Shown here one piece after another: positions 43,112 through 46,232 of a stretch of DNA of 46,232 nt. Below the pieces are notes generated by a model. It worked only from the letters and a program-made list of their open reading frames with translations, ran no database searches and was not told the origin of the DNA. Every line of letters begins with the position of its first letter. The stretch's first letter is position 1. Position numbers and translations under genes: made by a program. Source of the DNA: Fonticula alba ATCC 38817 (lineage: Eukaryota > Protista > Nucleariida); the NCBI GenBank assembly GCA_000388065.2, contig KB932201.1; one strand, given 5' to 3'.

Positions 43112-44929
43112 GGGGGGGGGAGAGAAACCGGGAGTCAGTATCGGACAAGGCGAGGGAGGGAAGGGCATGGGGCGCCGGCGAGGAGAAGGAAAGGAGAGCC
43201 CCCACGCACCACATGGTCGGCAATCTGGGGGATGCACTTGATGATCTCCTTGCGCACGCGCCACTTCTTGTCGGCGGCCAGGTCGATGATGGCCGGCAGG
43301 AGATGGGACGCAATCAGACCGATACCGACAACTGTGGCCGGCGCGGACAGGGGGAGGGGGGATGCACATGGAAGCCATGCACCACATGGGTTGGGGGAAA
43401 CGGCGAGTGGATCCCTAATATTAGCGGCATGCCGGACAGGCGGAGTGGAAGACAGGCCCCCGGTATGTGTGTGTGTGTGTGCGTGGGTGTGGGTGTGTGT
43501 CTGTGTGTGCAAGCACACGCGCAAGAAGAGGGACAGAAGGCAAAGAAGCAGATGGAAATGCGCACCGGAGTTCACCTCATCCAACGTGCGGATGACATTC
43601 AGGCGAACATCGGAGAAAGTGTCCGACAACAGGGTCTGGATGATGGGGATCAGGTACTGCTCGGTGCCCTCCTTGCCGAGGATGGGGGCCAGGCTGCCAA
43701 CCTCGGCGGCCAGGCTGGCCCGGACCTGCTGCGACTGGTCCACCGACAGCGACCCGATGGAAGAAGAAATGTAGGCCACGGCCTCCTCGTGCGAGAGGAG
43801 ACGCGCGTAGGCCGGGAGCTTGGCCGCGGCCGCGGTGCGGACCTCCGCCTCGTCGTCGCTCACCAGCAGCGACAGAGCGTCGGACAGATGCTCCAGCTGC
43901 TGCTTGGCCTTGAGGGCGGTCCCGAGCTCGGCAATGTTCTCGGCGGCCATGTAGCGCACGCGCCAGGACTTGTCCTTGACCAGGTTGCGGGTGTGGGTGG
44001 CCACCGCGAGCGCCGCCTCGGCCGAGGCCACCTTCTCGATGATGGACACGGCCACCGGGACCGCCAACAGGCGGACGGAGTCCTGGTCGTCGGTGGCGAT
44101 CGTCCGGAACATGGACACGCCGTCCGACACGAGGTGCTCCTCGGCGAAGAGGCGGATGAGGGTCTGGAGTGGGGTGGGCAAGAGAGAGAAAGAGAGAGAG
44201 AGAGGAAGGGAGAGCGACACAAGAGCGCGGGTCAGGGAAAGGAACGGAGAGCCTGCCGACGGAGGACAAGCAGAGAAGACCGCCAGCGACGAGCGCCACA
44301 GGGGGGGCATGGAGGCAAACACGCACCTTCAGGTTGGTAGCGGCGTCGCGCCGTGGCACAACAAACGAGTCGGACAGCAGACGGCTGAAGAGGCTGCAGG
44401 GGAGGGAAGGCAGCGGGGAACCGGTGGGAAAGCGAGAGGGAGAGAGAGAGAGGGGGGGGAGGGATGGGCTGGAGGGTGAGACTCGGGGGAGGAGAGGGCC
44501 ACAAAGGACCCACAAGGGCGGGAAGGGACGAGGGGGATGGGAGGAGGACATGGATGACATACCGGCGGAGCTGGGCCTGGAGCTCGGGGGCCACGCGCGC
44601 GTAGACACACTCGAAGAGCCCGCTGGCCGTGGTCCGCGGAGTGTAGTACTCGTCGGAGACCAGGGACTCGATCAGCGGCACGAAGTGCGTGGTCACGTCG
44701 GCGTCGGACATTTGCTCGCAAATGTGCACCAGGGAGATGATGGAGGCATTACGGACGATGCTCTCCTCCTGGCCGGCCAGGTTGCCCAGCGGCGGGAGGA
44801 GAGTGTGCGCGAACTCCGGACCGCCAACCAGCGGCACGAAGTTCATGAGCTCCTCGGCCAGGGCCAGGAGGATCTCGTCCTCCTCGCGGTCGGACTCTGC
44901 GTGTGTGTGTGTGTGTGGGGTGCGGAGAA

Positions 44930-44977
<48 letters not shown>

Positions 44978-45317
44978 GGAGGGGGGGGGAGGAAGGGAAG
45001 AAGGGAAGAACATACCACATGCTGTGAAACGGCGTGACAGTAGTCGCCAAGGGTCGCCGAGCGTCCGGCCAGGCGCAGGCGCGTGTCAGCCTCAGGACCA
45101 CACCGGAGGCAGGTGGCGGCTGTCGAGCCACGCGCCAGAGGAGGCGACAGCGAAACGGCCCCGAATCCAGGACAAGACCTGTCGTCGGGGAGGAAGAGCG
45201 GAGGGAGGGCGTCAGGACCGGGCACACCGTGAAGCGGGCACCGACACGGGGGGGGGAGGGCGGGTGGAAAATGGGTGTGTCGGCCGGCACGCACTGGTTA
45301 CTCCAGATCAGGCGCAT
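42525..45317 (-). CDS. PPP2R1A: Protein phosphatase 2A scaffold (A/PR65) HEAT-repeat subunit; start uncertain
   Basis: Exons 44896-44563, 44393-44327, 44163-43566, 43331-43210, 43004-42525. Hallmark HEAT motifs: EDEILLALAEEL..LVGGPEFAH.LLPPL, DQDSVRLLAV, DKSWRVRY, DEAEVRTAAA, DVRLNVI, DKKWRVR, LAWLGDPVYAIRQ, NYLYRMT, VPNIRFN. Putative first exon(s) at 45178-~45022 and ATG 45317. Confidence 0.9.
44930..44976. repeat. Long G homopolymer (~47 nt)
   Basis: Uninterrupted G run. Other G or C runs at ~10781, 11522, 13411, 38490. Confidence 0.9.
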
Positions 45318-46042
45318 CGAATGAAGGAAGTGCCCACTGAGGCGAATGGCCTCCGGGAGGAGGACCCCCGGGTCGGCGGGAGGGCCTGCCTCCCAGGGCC
45401 CGGGAAGAGCTTGGGCAATGCGCAGATCAAGCAGCAGGCGCAGCACCGTCCGCAGCAGGCTGGTAGCCCCGGACGCAGGAGGGCAGGCAATTAGCGACCG
45501 CGCAAGGGAGCATGCATATTGCAATGGCGGGACACGCACGCATCGGCCGCCCGGGGGCCGGCGGTCGGGCCAGCCTGCGCCGCCATGCCACCGGGCAACC
45601 ACCCCCGGAGGGTATCAATCGACACATGGGGCCCGGATCCGGGCACATCATCGCCCGGCATTTGCAACAGCATGCACCGGAGCACAAGCAGCTGGCCAAC
45701 CGAGGAGGTGTCAGTCCCGGGGGGAGTGCTGTCGCTCGGACCCGGGCCGTCGGCCGGCGGTGCCAGCAGGCCGAGCGTGCGCCAGGCCAGGAGGCAGCTC
45801 GGCCCGGAAGCGGTGTAGAGCTCGTCGGCCGGGCCGGCCGCCGCCGCCGCTCGCGACAACAAATCCCAGAGCCCGGCGCCGTCGGCTGCCAGGCCGATCC
45901 GGGGCGCCGGCGCCAGCGACGCCAGCGGCAGGAGATCCCCCGAGCCAGCGGGAGACGCGGAGGCCGGAGCCATCCTCGCGTGGCACTCGGTCACCAGAGT
46001 CCCAAGAGGGGAGGCTAGCCCGGGGAGCAGCGGGACTTCGCC
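45295..46042 (-). CDS. Unassigned coding exons (separate upstream gene, or N-terminal extension of PP2A-A); 5' end off the window
   Basis: Phase-compatible exons 46042-45540 and 45459-45295 with GTGCGT donors and CTAAT/CTGAC branch-like sites. Leu-rich helical content such as LLRTVLRLLLDLRIAQAL. No family recognised. Confidence 0.4.
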
Positions 46043-46232
46043 CTACCAGGGGGGGAAGCAGACAAAGACGAGGTTGGAGTCGGGGGGGAGGGGGCGCGAG
46101 GGAGGGGGCGCGAGGGAGGGGGCGTGAGGGAGGGGGCGGAGGAGGACAGTGCCAGGGTGATCTGCAGCTTCCACAGCACAAGAGGCACATCCCTTTTCCG
46201 GGGGCCCATCCCCCTGCCGCTAGGGCCAACCC

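Noticed and set aside
13-46229. GTG/TTG-initiated ORF starts in the supplied track
   Set aside because: The locus is eukaryotic and spliced; these starts are artefacts of a prokaryote-style ORF caller.
1-46232. Transposons, tRNA or rRNA genes
   Set aside because: No RT, integrase or transposase motifs, terminal repeats or cloverleaf/rRNA signatures recognised by eye; Infernal and tRNAscan-SE were not run.

Overview
GC-rich, intron-rich eukaryotic genomic scaffold with 5 N-gaps, abundant microsatellites, poly-G/C runs and poly-Q/A/G coding tracts. The style fits a holomycotan protist such as Fonticula alba, but that is inference only. Most ORFs in the supplied track are shadow frames caused by high GC; I rebuilt spliced models by hand. 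Genes, left to right: (1) 5'-partial modular single-pass surface protein with amphipathic GGLLNN..LLDGVV repeats, a KRR site, Cys/His modules and PPxY repeats; (2) low-complexity protein with a 24-bp APQAPMAQ array and acidic motifs; (3) SQ cluster-FHA-kinase-FHA checkpoint kinase of Rad53 architecture; (4) ORC2 with an AT-hook, head-to-head with the kinase; (5) large PH...RUN...PDZ protein; (6/7) PCL/Pho80-type cyclin box that appears split across a gap, possibly one giant gene; (8) TFIIH subunit Tfb2/p52 whose N-terminus is not visible; (9) PP2A scaffold A subunit with an odd N-terminus, plus upstream exons running off the window. No rRNA, tRNA, CRISPR array or transposon could be supported. 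Best leads: the repellent-like Kex2-type repeat protein, the giant split cyclin, a Rad53-type second FHA, and a near-uniform +4 pyrimidine (mostly GTGCGT) at 5' splice sites. All family calls come from recalled motifs, not database searches.
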